Of a DNA stretch of 53,197 nucleotides, positions 40,540 through 49,979 are shown in pieces. Numbering within the stretch: position 1 is the stretch's first letter; each line of letters begins with the position of its first letter. The translations under genes and the position numbers were made by a program. Source of the stretch: Candidatus Dojkabacteria bacterium (GTDB taxonomy: Bacteria > Patescibacteriota > Dojkabacteria > GCA-002793355); NCBI GenBank assembly GCA_015489595.1, contig WFZK01000008.1, forward strand, positions 1 through 53,197, given 5' to 3'. The notes beneath the pieces were generated by a model, which ran no database searches, was not told where the DNA came from, and worked only from the letters and a program-made list of their open reading frames with translations.

Positions 40540-42459
40540 ATGCCTTTTTTATCAAACACAATAGCCCCTGAAACAGCTACTCTGAGGGCTAAAATTAAAA
40601 GCCTGGTTGAGGGTGCCAGCAAAAAATTAGGCTATCCTGCCATTGAGGTTGAGATAACTTATCCTAAATACGAGAACTTCGGCGATTATTCAACAAACTA
40701 TGCCTTAAGTATTGTCAAGCACATAAAGCAAAACCCACGTGAGGTTGCGAAGAATCTAGCAGAGGTAATCAGCCAGGACTTGCCAGAGTTTATTGATAGG
40801 GTTGAAGTCGCAGGTCCAGGTTTTTTGAACTTTTATTTAAATTACAAAAATGCCATAGAATATGGTTATTCTTTTCCAAAGATTGCACTCAACACCAAAG
40901 ATAAAATTGTTGTAGAACACACTTCGGTTAATCCTAACAAGGCTCTGCATGTGGGGCATATAAGAAACGCTGTTTTGGGCGATACGATCGCTAGGTTGCT
41001 ACATGTCTTTTTCAAGAAGATAGAGGTCCAAAATTACATTGATGACACTGGTCTTCAGGTGGCAGATACTACTGCAGCGCTTCATAGATATGGCGAAAAT
41101 ATACCCCGGGGGGTATTATTTGACGACTATTGTTGGGACATCTATGCTCGTTTTCATAGAGAATTAAAAGATCCAGAGAAATCACAAGAGCTTTCCAAGC
41201 TTAGAGAAAAGATTCTACATCAAATAGAAGCACATTCTGGGGAATTTTTTAAGCTGTCTCAGAAAGTAGTAAAACAGATTCTAGATCATCATCTTGCTGA
41301 GCTATCGTCGCTTAACATAGCCTATGACCTTTTAGTTTACGAGAAAGACATCATAGCTTTTAAGCTCTGGGAGAGCGCATTTGAGATTTTGAAGGCTTCA
41401 GGTAAGCTAAGGTATCACAGCGATGGTAAGTACAGGGGCTGCTGGGTGTTTGAAAGCAAAGCTATGCCTCCGAAGATATTAGTAAGAAGCAACGGAACTA
41501 AGGTGTACACCGCCAAAGATATAGCCTATCACCTGTGGAAAATTGGAGCTTTAGATGTTGATTTCTTATACAAGCCGTGGGATGGGACCTTGTATCAAAA
41601 TCCTCAGCTTTATCAGACTTCAAAGGATGGCAAGGCTTACCCCGATCGCTTTGGTAGGGCTTCAAAGGTGATCAATGTTATTGATTACAGGCAGAGTTAT
41701 CCCCAGCAAGTGGTAAGGGAGGCGGTAGAGGAGATAGTTGGTAAAAAAGATCTTATCTATCACCTGGCTTATGGGGTGGTCTCTTTGTCGAAAGATACAG
41801 CAGCTATGCTTGGAGTAGATGTCAGCGATGGTAAAAATTCCTATGCTATGTCCGGAAGAAAAGGGATAGGGGTAAAGTCTAAAGATCTTTACAAGAAGGT
41901 AAAGCAGACTATTGTAGAAAAAGTTAAACAATCTGGAGCGGATGTGAGCCAGATAGATGTAGATGCCATCACAGTAGCCGCGATCAGATACGAGATGGTA
42001 AAGTATACAGCCCAGAGAGATATGGTATTTGATATAAATCAAGCCACGCAGTTTGTGGGAAAGAGCGGGCCGTATCTGCAGTATTCGTACGTTAGAGGGC
42101 TTAATATCTTGAGAAAGTTCACATCTACTCAGAATCCATCTATTAGCTGGAAAGACTATGCATCAGGGTCAGATTTTCTGCAGGTGGATTTTAGCGCATT
42201 AGAAAAGGCGCTGGTAGCTACAATGGCCAGGCACTCAGAGGCTCTATATGACGCAGTCTCAGAACTAGAGCCCGTGATTTATGCGGAATACGCTTTTTAT
42301 TTGGCTTCGGTTTTTAATAGCTTTTATGAAAAACACAGAATCTTAAGCGAGAAAGATGAGAAGGTAAGGCGCATACGTCTTGGTCTGGTGGCGATGTTTT
42401 TAGAGCATATGGGAAGGGTTTTAGATCTTTTGGGTATTCCGAGAGTTGAGAGGATGTAG
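40540..42459 (+). CDS. argS: arginine--tRNA ligase
   Basis: HIGH-region motif HTSVNPNKALHVGHIRNAVLGD, MSGRKG (KMSK-like), and an anticodon-binding C-terminus. Confidence 0.85.
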   Translation: MPFLSNTIAPETATLRAKIKSLVEGASKKLGYPAIEVEITYPKYENFGDYSTNYALSIVKHIKQNPREVAKNLAEVISQDLPEFIDRVEVAGPGFLNFYLNYKNAIEYGYSFPKIALNTKDKIVVEHTSVNPNKALHVGHIRNAVLGDTIARLLHVFFKKIEVQNYIDDTGLQVADTTAALHRYGENIPRGVLFDDYCWDIYARFHRELKDPEKSQELSKLREKILHQIEAHSGEFFKLSQKVVKQILDHHLAELSSLNIAYDLLVYEKDIIAFKLWESAFEILKASGKLRYHSDGKYRGCWVFESKAMPPKILVRSNGTKVYTAKDIAYHLWKIGALDVDFLYKPWDGTLYQNPQLYQTSKDGKAYPDRFGRASKVINVIDYRQSYPQQVVREAVEEIVGKKDLIYHLAYGVVSLSKDTAAMLGVDVSDGKNSYAMSGRKGIGVKSKDLYKKVKQTIVEKVKQSGADVSQIDVDAITVAAIRYEMVKYTAQRDMVFDINQATQFVGKSGPYLQYSYVRGLNILRKFTSTQNPSISWKDYASGSDFLQVDFSALEKALVATMARHSEALYDAVSELEPVIYAEYAFYLASVFNSFYEKHRILSEKDEKVRRIRLGLVAMFLEHMGRVLDLLGIPRVERM

Positions 42460-42479
42460 CCTGTAGGGCTGTAGCCAGA

Positions 42480-42620
42480 GTCAATTTTGCCCGTCTTGTG
42501 GAGCATGTTATTTTTATACTAGTTGGAGGATCTACCAGTGGATGATTCCAAACAGGGGGCGTGGCAACTTTCTAGAGGCATGGGCAAGAATCGACTTTTT
42601 ACGATTCTTGCCCATGCCTC
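42480..42620 (-). repeat. mosaic repeat copy, inverted (degenerate B', core, hairpin A' 42575-42620)
   Basis: 19-bp perfect stem gaggcatgggcaagaatcg/cgattcttgcccatgcctc. It ends exactly at the response regulator stop (42621). Confidence 0.75.
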
Positions 42621-43646
42621 TCACACCCACTCTTTCCCACACTTAAGACAAACAAGTCGGGCGTTGTATTCTGAGATAAGTTTACCTGTTTGCGGATTTT
42701 TCTGCTTTACGGGGATTAGCTTAAGTCCAATAGGCCCTCCGCAGAGAGGACATTTACCTGTCCGAACCTCTGGAGGTGCGGTTTTTAAAAGCTGCCTGAC
42801 TTCTGGTGCCTGAAGGTTAAGGGGAATAACATATACAGATGGTTGAGATTCAGACAGGATCATCTCTTTTATCTTTTCAACCACCTGCAGCAGTGTAGTA
42901 TCAGCCTTGATCAGAAACATATCTGCTCCCATCTCGTAGGCTTTTTGAATGTCTTCAGGGGCTCCCAGGTTACTTAAAATTATTATCTTAGGCCTGTAGG
43001 TAGATGTGTATTCTCTGAGGGCTTTAAGAGCCGCCCAACCGTCCATCTCTGGCATTAAGATATCCAGCAGAATAATCTGTGGTCTTTCTTTGATAGCTTT
43101 GACTATTCCCTCTTCACCATTTGAGGCTGTGATTACATTAAAGCCAAACTTCTTAAGTACGAATTCGTATTGATATCTAACATCACTGTTGTCTTCTATG
43201 ATTAAAACTTTATACTTTGCTAGTCTTGGATCTTTAATGCTTTGAGGTTGTACATCTGGGATTCCGCTTGGATCATCTTCCCAATGTGGCTCTGATTGAG
43301 GCGCGGGTTGAGCTGTTGGCTCTGGGACTGTGGTAGCAAGTCCTGGTTCTGGAGCAGGTTGAGACAGTGTGGGTTGTTGAGGGGCAGATGGAGTTATTTG
43401 GTTGTTAGGTTGTGTAGTATTGGCTTGGGGTGGAGTATTTGGTTGGGGTAGATTCTGAGTTTGTGGGGTTGCTGAAGGGGGTGAAGTAGGTGAAGTTACA
43501 GTAGAAGCAGGGGGCGCTGTAGTTTGGGCAGTGTTTTGAGGTGATGTGCTAGAAGGTGCTTGATTTTGAGTAAAGGATGCTAGAGGATCTTGGTTTGTGT
43601 CTTCAGGCGGAATGTTTCCACTTAAACCTGGTGGTATTTGGCCCAT
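42621..43646 (-). CDS. response regulator: P/T/Q-rich N-terminal region, receiver domain and C-terminal zinc ribbon
   Basis: KVLIIEDNSDVRYQYEFVLKKFGFNV...ILLDILMPEMDGW, and C-terminal CPLCGG...CLKCG. Confidence 0.8.
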   Translation of the reverse strand: MGQIPPGLSGNIPPEDTNQDPLASFTQNQAPSSTSPQNTAQTTAPPASTVTSPTSPPSATPQTQNLPQPNTPPQANTTQPNNQITPSAPQQPTLSQPAPEPGLATTVPEPTAQPAPQSEPHWEDDPSGIPDVQPQSIKDPRLAKYKVLIIEDNSDVRYQYEFVLKKFGFNVITASNGEEGIVKAIKERPQIILLDILMPEMDGWAALKALREYTSTYRPKIIILSNLGAPEDIQKAYEMGADMFLIKADTTLLQVVEKIKEMILSESQPSVYVIPLNLQAPEVRQLLKTAPPEVRTGKCPLCGGPIGLKLIPVKQKNPQTGKLISEYNARLVCLKCGKEWV

Positions 43647-43651
43647 GAATT

Positions 43652-43660
43652 ATTATTGCA
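43652..43660 (-). promoter_or_regulatory. extended -10 (TGCAATAAT, minus strand), 5 nt before the response regulator ATG
   Basis: The minus strand reads tgcAATAATaattcATG. Confidence 0.35.
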
Positions 43661-43684
43661 GAAAACATAAGTTGAGTCAAAAAC

Positions 43685-43862
43685 TAGGGGGCTCACGCAA
43701 AAATTGAAAAAATCAATTTTTGCGTGAGCCCCCTAAACTTATCATCCTTCTGGCTGTTCTAAATTTCCCGTTGTTGGCGAATGATTTTTCGCTACCCCGC
43801 GTAAGGCAGGCTACTTTAGGGCGTGGGGAGAATATGGTATTGACACATTTTGCCCCACGCCC
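43685..43862 (+). repeat. mosaic repeat, best-preserved copy (hairpin A 43685-43735, core 43736-43818, hairpin B 43819-43862)
   Basis: 23-bp perfect stem tagggggctcacgcaaaaattga/tcaatttttgcgtgagcccccta. The core holds atccttctggctgttctaaat. Hairpin B is gggcgtgggg...ccccacgccc. Confidence 0.9.
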
Positions 43863-43890
43863 AGGGGTAGAGTCGTACAAACTCCGGTCT

Positions 43891-46083
43891 TTACGTGTTT
43901 ATCTGTGTTGCATTCTTAAGCACCCACTCTGGGAGTTTGGTGGGTAGAGCTATATAAAATGTGCTTCCCTTGCCTACTTCACTTTCTACCCATACCCTGC
44001 CTCCATGGCTCTCTACTATGCGCTTTACCAGATAAAGTCCTATTCCAGTGCCGTCTGGTCTTACACGCCGTGCGTTTTCAAGGCGTACGAATTTTTTAAA
44101 CAGCTGATGGATTTTGTCCTTTGGAATACCTATTCCTGTATCTTTAACCGCATAGATTACCCATTGTGGGTTAGGCTGGTAGAGGTATACATGGACATAG
44201 CCCTGTTGCGTATAGTGTATTGCGTTATCTATAAGGTTCCCAAAAGCTTCAAAGAGTTTATCTTTATCACATTGGATTGTAAGATTTTTGACATCGCTGG
44301 TGATCTCTAGCTTATACTCAAGACGTTTCCGAGCAGCTAGATCTTTGTATTGCTCAAAAACTTCTTGCACTAAGCTAGCTAGGTTTACCGTGGAGATTAC
44401 GAGCTTAAATTTACCTCGCTCTAAGCGGCTGCTTTGGAGGATGTCGGTGATTAGGTTGGCAAGGCGGGTCATCGCCTGGCGGATGCGGAGCAGGAATTTT
44501 TGTTGCTCAGCGGTAAGTGGGCCTGCTGCTCCGGATAGGATCATATCCACGTAGTTTTTAACTATTGAGATGGGGGTTCTTAATTGGTGGCTGGCGATGG
44601 AGATAAACATGGTTTTTGCCTCATCTGATTCTTTTACAGCCTGATACATAGTTTCAAGCTTGGCTAGGGTTTGTTTGAGTTTGAGGTTGGCTTCGGCGAG
44701 TTCTTGGGTGCGGAGTTTAACGGTTTGCTCGAGGCGTTGGTTGTAGGTTTTGATTTGTTCATATAAGAGGGCTCTTGATAGGGCCGTGCTCATAATCTTG
44801 AGGAAATCTTTAAGGAATGCTAGATCTTTAGTGGTTAATACGCTGTTATTAAGGGGTTTGGAGAAAAGAATCGCGAATTTATGGTTCTCAACTTCAAAAG
44901 GGAGAATAGCTGCAATTCTATTTTTGACCAGCCAGTGATAAATTGGCTGTAAGGATTGATCTGTGGAGGTATAAACATCTACAGATAAGAGCAGTTTAAA
45001 TTCCGAGGAAAATAGAGAGTTAAAGTTTTCTTTAGGCAGTGAAAGCTCTTCAATCGGTAAGATGTCTATATTTTCGAAGGGTAGCCTCTTTTTTAACAAT
45101 TTTCGGGCTGTTTCGAAGACTTCTTCTCTATCTATCTTCTTTGCGAATTCGAGGTAGAGGGCTTCTATGCTTTCGCTTCTTCCTTTTGTTATTTGTTTTT
45201 TTGCAAGATTGAACAGTTCTAAAGAAATTACAGCTATACTTGCAATTCCGCTATCACTCAAGATGGATGATCCAACACTAAAGAGTTTTAGAATGAATGT
45301 AAGTGTCAGTATCTTAAGAAAGATTTCTCCTAGCTTTTTTAAAATTGCATCTAGAGGCAAGAAAATTGTTGTTTTAGAGAATAGATTGGTTAAAAAGAGC
45401 CATAGAAATAAGGGTATTACGCCGAGCGAAGAATATTTTGAACTGTGGGTGTAAAGAGGGAGTGCTACATTTGTAAAGGATACACCTATTACGGCTAGGA
45501 TAGTTATGAGTAGAAACCACGTCGTTCTAGTGATATTTAAGGCAAGGGCCAGAGATTTAGTTTTTAAGGAAATTTTTCTTATATAAATGTAGAGGACTAT
45601 TGCTGCTATAATGGGTAAGAATACAGAGACAAGATAGAAGGGGTAGAGCGGCCCATGGACTACATTGTTATAGGTATGCATCCACACCAGTTTTTCTATT
45701 ACCTCGTGGGTAAATAGTATGAGGAAAGTGGATGCAATTGTGGTAAAAAAGATTAGGTTTTTTAGAAAGAGAAACCATTTTGGGAGAAGTTCCTTTTTGG
45801 GCACTTTAAAGGTGAGTAGTTTTTCTAGGAAGATAAAGACGAAAAGGGAGGTATACATTGGGGCGAGAAAGGCGAGTTGATTGACGATTAGTACTAGGGT
45901 TCCGGGGGGACCAAGATCGGCCATTTTGAGAGATAAAATCCATAAAAGGGATATTAAGGAGAGAATCGTGGAGAAGGTGTTAAGGGGACTCCTTTTTCGA
46001 TAGTAGTAGGTATAAAAAGCTTGTAAGGCGAATAGGAATAGGCTTATTAGCCAGACAATATCAACCCAGGAGATCAGTCCCAT
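43891..46083 (-). CDS. sensor histidine kinase with a polytopic membrane N-terminus
   Basis: H-box FISIASHQLRTPISIV, N-box GNLIDNAIHYT and G-box DTGIGIP...GTGIGLYLVKRIVESHGG. There are about 8 TM helices. Confidence 0.85.
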   Translation of the reverse strand: MGLISWVDIVWLISLFLFALQAFYTYYYRKRSPLNTFSTILSLISLLWILSLKMADLGPPGTLVLIVNQLAFLAPMYTSLFVFIFLEKLLTFKVPKKELLPKWFLFLKNLIFFTTIASTFLILFTHEVIEKLVWMHTYNNVVHGPLYPFYLVSVFLPIIAAIVLYIYIRKISLKTKSLALALNITRTTWFLLITILAVIGVSFTNVALPLYTHSSKYSSLGVIPLFLWLFLTNLFSKTTIFLPLDAILKKLGEIFLKILTLTFILKLFSVGSSILSDSGIASIAVISLELFNLAKKQITKGRSESIEALYLEFAKKIDREEVFETARKLLKKRLPFENIDILPIEELSLPKENFNSLFSSEFKLLLSVDVYTSTDQSLQPIYHWLVKNRIAAILPFEVENHKFAILFSKPLNNSVLTTKDLAFLKDFLKIMSTALSRALLYEQIKTYNQRLEQTVKLRTQELAEANLKLKQTLAKLETMYQAVKESDEAKTMFISIASHQLRTPISIVKNYVDMILSGAAGPLTAEQQKFLLRIRQAMTRLANLITDILQSSRLERGKFKLVISTVNLASLVQEVFEQYKDLAARKRLEYKLEITSDVKNLTIQCDKDKLFEAFGNLIDNAIHYTQQGYVHVYLYQPNPQWVIYAVKDTGIGIPKDKIHQLFKKFVRLENARRVRPDGTGIGLYLVKRIVESHGGRVWVESEVGKGSTFYIALPTKLPEWVLKNATQINT

Positions 46084-46088
46084 TAGAC

Positions 46089-46097
46089 ATTATAGCA
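46089..46097 (-). promoter_or_regulatory. extended -10 (TGCTATAAT, minus strand), 5 nt before the histidine kinase ATG
   Basis: The minus strand reads tgcTATAATgtctaATG, inside the 21-nt gap after the upstream ORF. Confidence 0.45.
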
Positions 46098-46104
46098 TCG
46101 ACAT

Positions 46105-48012
46105 TTATCCCCGATGTTTATTTTTTTTACTTCCTGTGGGCTTTAATACGCTCTTCAAAACCTGGGGCAAGGCGCATACAGCTATCCCCGTGTCTATAAC
46201 AAAAATAGGAGGAGGATCCATTATATTATCGTCAAAAGACGCAGGCATATACGCAACAGGTTCTAGTCTTCTGATTGCATCTTGATGATTTCCAAGTAGA
46301 TTTTCTGCATACTTCGCAAACCAGGGGGTGTCGGTTGTAAAGATAATAACCGGAGCTTTGGGAAATCGGGAGATTATTTTTCTTAGGGGGGTGAGGCCAT
46401 CCGGGTAGAGCCTCGATTCTTTCCTTGGTTTTCTAGACGACTTCGCACCTTCTCCGGTAAGATTATAGGGATCTGTTCCCCAAGGTGCGAATTCCTCTGT
46501 GTTGGCACTTATCTTTGTTAGACTTGCATGGACAAGCATCCTAAGTATGTCTCCAGGGGTCAGGGCCTTTTTGACAAGACGAGAAAGAAGAGCCCTAGAT
46601 GGGGTTTTTAAATGACCATTCGACGAGGTCTGTACACGTATAGCAACTACTTGAGACCATTCCCAAGACGCTCTCTGGAGCAAGGTTAATTCTTTTATGA
46701 GTGTTGGGGTTAGACGGTCGGGGTTTTCAAGTGGTTTATGATGTTGGGCTGCCCAGGCAATTACCGAGGGTAGTAGAGGGAGTTTATACTTGGCTATGAT
46801 ATTTTTAAGTTGCTCAATCCTTGGTTTCTGTCCTTCGGGGAGGGACATGGAGTCTAAAACGTGGGCAATAGCCTTGTCGGCTTGGTTAGGAGGTAAAGGC
46901 GAGAGTACTCTGGCACTCCCCACGGGGAGGCGGTATGTTCGTTTTTCGCCACTTTCTTTTAAGGTAATGGAAGTATATGCTACAAAATTTTGTGCAGTTG
47001 TTCTCCATGGATCCTGTCGGAGCTTTCCGTTGGTTTCAGGAAGGAAACCAGACTCTGTGTACACGCGTTCTACGAGTGCTAACCTCAGTTGATCTGCTAT
47101 GCTATTGGTTGCTACTTGTCTGACTTTGATTTTAGGATTAGGGGGGATTGTAACCTCTTTGGGTAGCTGTAAGGTGAAGTGAAATGGCGGCTTGTTCCCT
47201 CGCCGATGAAGTCCGGAGGCCAGCCAACCGGTGAAAACCTTAAGATGTACGAAAGGATTGGAATGAGGTTTCCATTTCGTCTCAGCTGTGTCACTGGACG
47301 GTGGGTGGACTTCATTGGCTGTTGAGTTTGTCGCTTTTAGGCTAGATATCAGGGGATCGACTTCCCGATGAAGCTCTTGTTTGAGGCGCCCTGGGTTTCT
47401 CCAATGTGATTTAGCTATTCCAAACATCCTTTTACCCAATGTTAATATACGACCCGCGTTCCATTCCTCGAGTATCTGAGGGTTGAGCCAAAGGTGTGCT
47501 AGAAAATAGTTGCCTACATAAGGAAGATACGAAAGGAGCATACCTGAAATAATTCTGTCGAGGGGACCAGGTGATTTTGAATTTTCTCCATCTGGGGAAT
47601 ATCGCCATGACAGGGGGGCTGCTGTAAGTGCCCTTATGATAGCCCCTGGGGTTGGAATAGGAGTAAAGAGGGAGAAAGGGAATGGTATGGCGTATGCAAT
47701 AGCCTGAAGCGATAATGTTATTCCCGCAAGGATTCGGAGAATTTCTTGCGTGTCTTTCCCCTTTGCGATATTAAGAAGATATCTACCGCCCTTGAAATCT
47801 AAGATGGCGCTTGTCGCCATGAAAAGAAGGGCCAAAGTAGATGCTGTAACCGGCTCTTTCTTAAGGTCACGAAGTTGGTTTTTAAACCTTTCGGTCAAGG
47901 TTCCCTTGGCTTGTTCGAGTGTGGTTCGGGCGGATTCTATTGGTGAATGTGGCGTGCCTTCGGGGGGGGCAGGAGGGGAGGAGAATTTTTCAATGATGTT
48001 GAGTAACCCCAC
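46105..48012 (-). CDS. hypothetical large protein (ORFan) with N-terminal hydrophobic segments; GTG start
   Basis: 635-aa ORF with TM-like segments STLALLFMATSAILDF and ILAGITLSLQAIAYAIPFPF. No catalytic motif recognised. Confidence 0.5.
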   Translation of the reverse strand: MGLLNIIEKFSSPPAPPEGTPHSPIESARTTLEQAKGTLTERFKNQLRDLKKEPVTASTLALLFMATSAILDFKGGRYLLNIAKGKDTQEILRILAGITLSLQAIAYAIPFPFSLFTPIPTPGAIIRALTAAPLSWRYSPDGENSKSPGPLDRIISGMLLSYLPYVGNYFLAHLWLNPQILEEWNAGRILTLGKRMFGIAKSHWRNPGRLKQELHREVDPLISSLKATNSTANEVHPPSSDTAETKWKPHSNPFVHLKVFTGWLASGLHRRGNKPPFHFTLQLPKEVTIPPNPKIKVRQVATNSIADQLRLALVERVYTESGFLPETNGKLRQDPWRTTAQNFVAYTSITLKESGEKRTYRLPVGSARVLSPLPPNQADKAIAHVLDSMSLPEGQKPRIEQLKNIIAKYKLPLLPSVIAWAAQHHKPLENPDRLTPTLIKELTLLQRASWEWSQVVAIRVQTSSNGHLKTPSRALLSRLVKKALTPGDILRMLVHASLTKISANTEEFAPWGTDPYNLTGEGAKSSRKPRKESRLYPDGLTPLRKIISRFPKAPVIIFTTDTPWFAKYAENLLGNHQDAIRRLEPVAYMPASFDDNIMDPPPIFVIDTGIAVCALPQVLKSVLKPTGSKKNKHRG

Positions 48013-48130
48013 TTTTGGTATATAGTATAAAGTTATAGGACATCTTATTTTAACATAGGGGTTTGGGCACTCATAATAGAGGAGGAAGATTCAGACTGCT
48101 TAGGTCTGCGGCGCCCTTCCCCACTTGCGC

Positions 48131-48136
48131 TATAAT
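48131..48136 (+). promoter_or_regulatory. -10 box TATAAT, 5 nt before the gatC ATG
   Basis: Sequence reads gcgcTATAATcctctATG. Confidence 0.5.
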
Positions 48137-48141
48137 CCTCT

Positions 48142-48420
48142 ATGACTCTAATTGACCTTCTAGAACAGCTTTCAAAATTGCGCCTTAAAAGCGACGAAAA
48201 GGCGCTTCTTAAAAAACAGCTTCCTGAGATAATAGAGTACGTATCACGCATCAAAAGCCTAAAAACAGAAGGTGTAAAGCCTACGTTTCACACAAGTACC
48301 GGATCGGTTTCGTTGCGTAGCGATACTATTAAAAGGGATAGGAGACTGCGACTTAATGGTAAATATTTCAACATTAGCACCAAGCAAAAGGATTATTTTA
48401 TAGTAGATAAGGTTCTATGA
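48142..48420 (+). CDS. gatC: Asp/Glu-tRNA amidotransferase subunit C
   Basis: A 92-aa protein with LSKLRLKSDEKALLKKQLPEIIEYV...VKPTFH. It overlaps gatA by 4 nt. Confidence 0.75.
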   Translation: MTLIDLLEQLSKLRLKSDEKALLKKQLPEIIEYVSRIKSLKTEGVKPTFHTSTGSVSLRSDTIKRDRRLRLNGKYFNISTKQKDYFIVDKVL

Positions 48421-49979
48421 AGGCTAGAGATGTCGCTTTGTTAAGTCTAAAAGACACTCTAGAAGTGCTGCGATCCGGTGATGTTTCACGCAGCGAAATT
48501 CTTAACTCTTATTACTCCCGAGTACAAAAACTCGCCAAACCTCTAAATGTTTTTATTACTCCCCCCGATCTTGCAGCTCTAACCGATGGCTCTGTGTCTT
48601 TGCCAGAGGCACAGCAGTCCACTGATGAGCCTGCCTTAGCCGACTCTCCAGATGCCTCTTCTAAGCGGCCTCTAAAAAAATCCGAGGCCCAAGGTACAAA
48701 ACGCCCTGGAGAGGCTTCTTCTGGCCAACTTTTTGGAATCCCTGTTTCTTTTAAAGATAACTGGCTGGTAAAAGACACAAGAACCACGGCAGGAAGCAGA
48801 GTCTTAGAGAACTTTATTGCTCCATATACAGCCACAGCAGCAGAAAGACTCTTAAGGGAAGGGGCCGTAGTATGGGGTAAAACAAATATGGATGCATGGG
48901 GGCACGGCTCAAGTGGCGAAAATAGCGATTTTGGCCCAACCCTTAACCCGTGGGATACCCGATACACTCCAGGTGGTTCTTCTAGCGGTTCTGCAGTCGC
49001 AGTTGCAGCAGATCTTACCCTTGTTGCGACCGGTACAGATACGGGTGGTTCTATCAGACTCCCTGCTGCATATACTGGAGTAGTTGGCATCAAGCCTACC
49101 TACGGAAGAGTCTCCAGGTACGGCATAGTCGCAATGGCAAGCTCTACGGACTCAATCGGCCACCTTACCAAAACAGTTTGGGACGCTGCTTATGTCCTTT
49201 CAATTACAGCAGGTAGGGACAAATATGACGCTACAACCTCTGATAAACCCGTGCCAGCGTATCATGAGGGCCTTAGACAGTTTGATCCTTCTAGCTTAAA
49301 AGTAGGTGTAATAAGCGAATTTATGGGGGAGGGGATAGATGAAGATGTACTCTCTGCCACAGAAAAGGCAATCTCTAAGCTTAAAGAGGCATCGGCTCAG
49401 GTAGTAGAGGTGAGCATTCCGGAGACAAGGTTCGGTATCGAGATGTATTACATCCTTATGAGTGCAGAGGTAGCCTCTAACCTTGCGCGTTATGACGGCG
49501 TCAGATACGGAAGAGACAGAACCTATTTTGGGATGGAGGCAAAGCGCCGCATAATGTTGGGTACTTATGTGCTTTCAGATGTAATCCCAGGTAAAGGGCT
49601 CGAGACAACTTATGCTAAGGTTGCTATGGGCCGCACTTTATTGGTCGAAGCATTCAAACGTGCCTTCGAAAAGGTAGATGTTTTGATAACCCCGGTTGCT
49701 CCAACTTTGCCTTTTAAGCTAGGAGAATTAATAGATGATCCTTTGAAGATGTACATGGGAGATCTGCTTACGGTTCCGGTAAGCATCGCTGGCTTGCCTG
49801 CCCTAGTTGTTCCTACGGGAACTGCAAAAAACGAAGAAGGAGTATTATTCCCTGCTGCAGTGCAGATAATCGGCCCCTGGTTTAGAGAGGATTTGCTTTT
49901 TAAGGTTGGAGCCTTCCTAGAGGATCTATCTGTTCATCAGATCTTAAGGGAGAAATTAGATAAAGAGTTTGGCCTATGA
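48417..49979 (+). CDS. gatA: Asp/Glu-tRNA amidotransferase subunit A (amidase family) with an N-terminal low-complexity insert
   Basis: Amidase signature GGSSSGSAVAVAA, plus GIPVSFKDN and GKTNMDAWGHGSS. Confidence 0.9.
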   Translation: MKARDVALLSLKDTLEVLRSGDVSRSEILNSYYSRVQKLAKPLNVFITPPDLAALTDGSVSLPEAQQSTDEPALADSPDASSKRPLKKSEAQGTKRPGEASSGQLFGIPVSFKDNWLVKDTRTTAGSRVLENFIAPYTATAAERLLREGAVVWGKTNMDAWGHGSSGENSDFGPTLNPWDTRYTPGGSSSGSAVAVAADLTLVATGTDTGGSIRLPAAYTGVVGIKPTYGRVSRYGIVAMASSTDSIGHLTKTVWDAAYVLSITAGRDKYDATTSDKPVPAYHEGLRQFDPSSLKVGVISEFMGEGIDEDVLSATEKAISKLKEASAQVVEVSIPETRFGIEMYYILMSAEVASNLARYDGVRYGRDRTYFGMEAKRRIMLGTYVLSDVIPGKGLETTYAKVAMGRTLLVEAFKRAFEKVDVLITPVAPTLPFKLGELIDDPLKMYMGDLLTVPVSIAGLPALVVPTGTAKNEEGVLFPAAVQIIGPWFREDLLFKVGAFLEDLSVHQILREKLDKEFGL

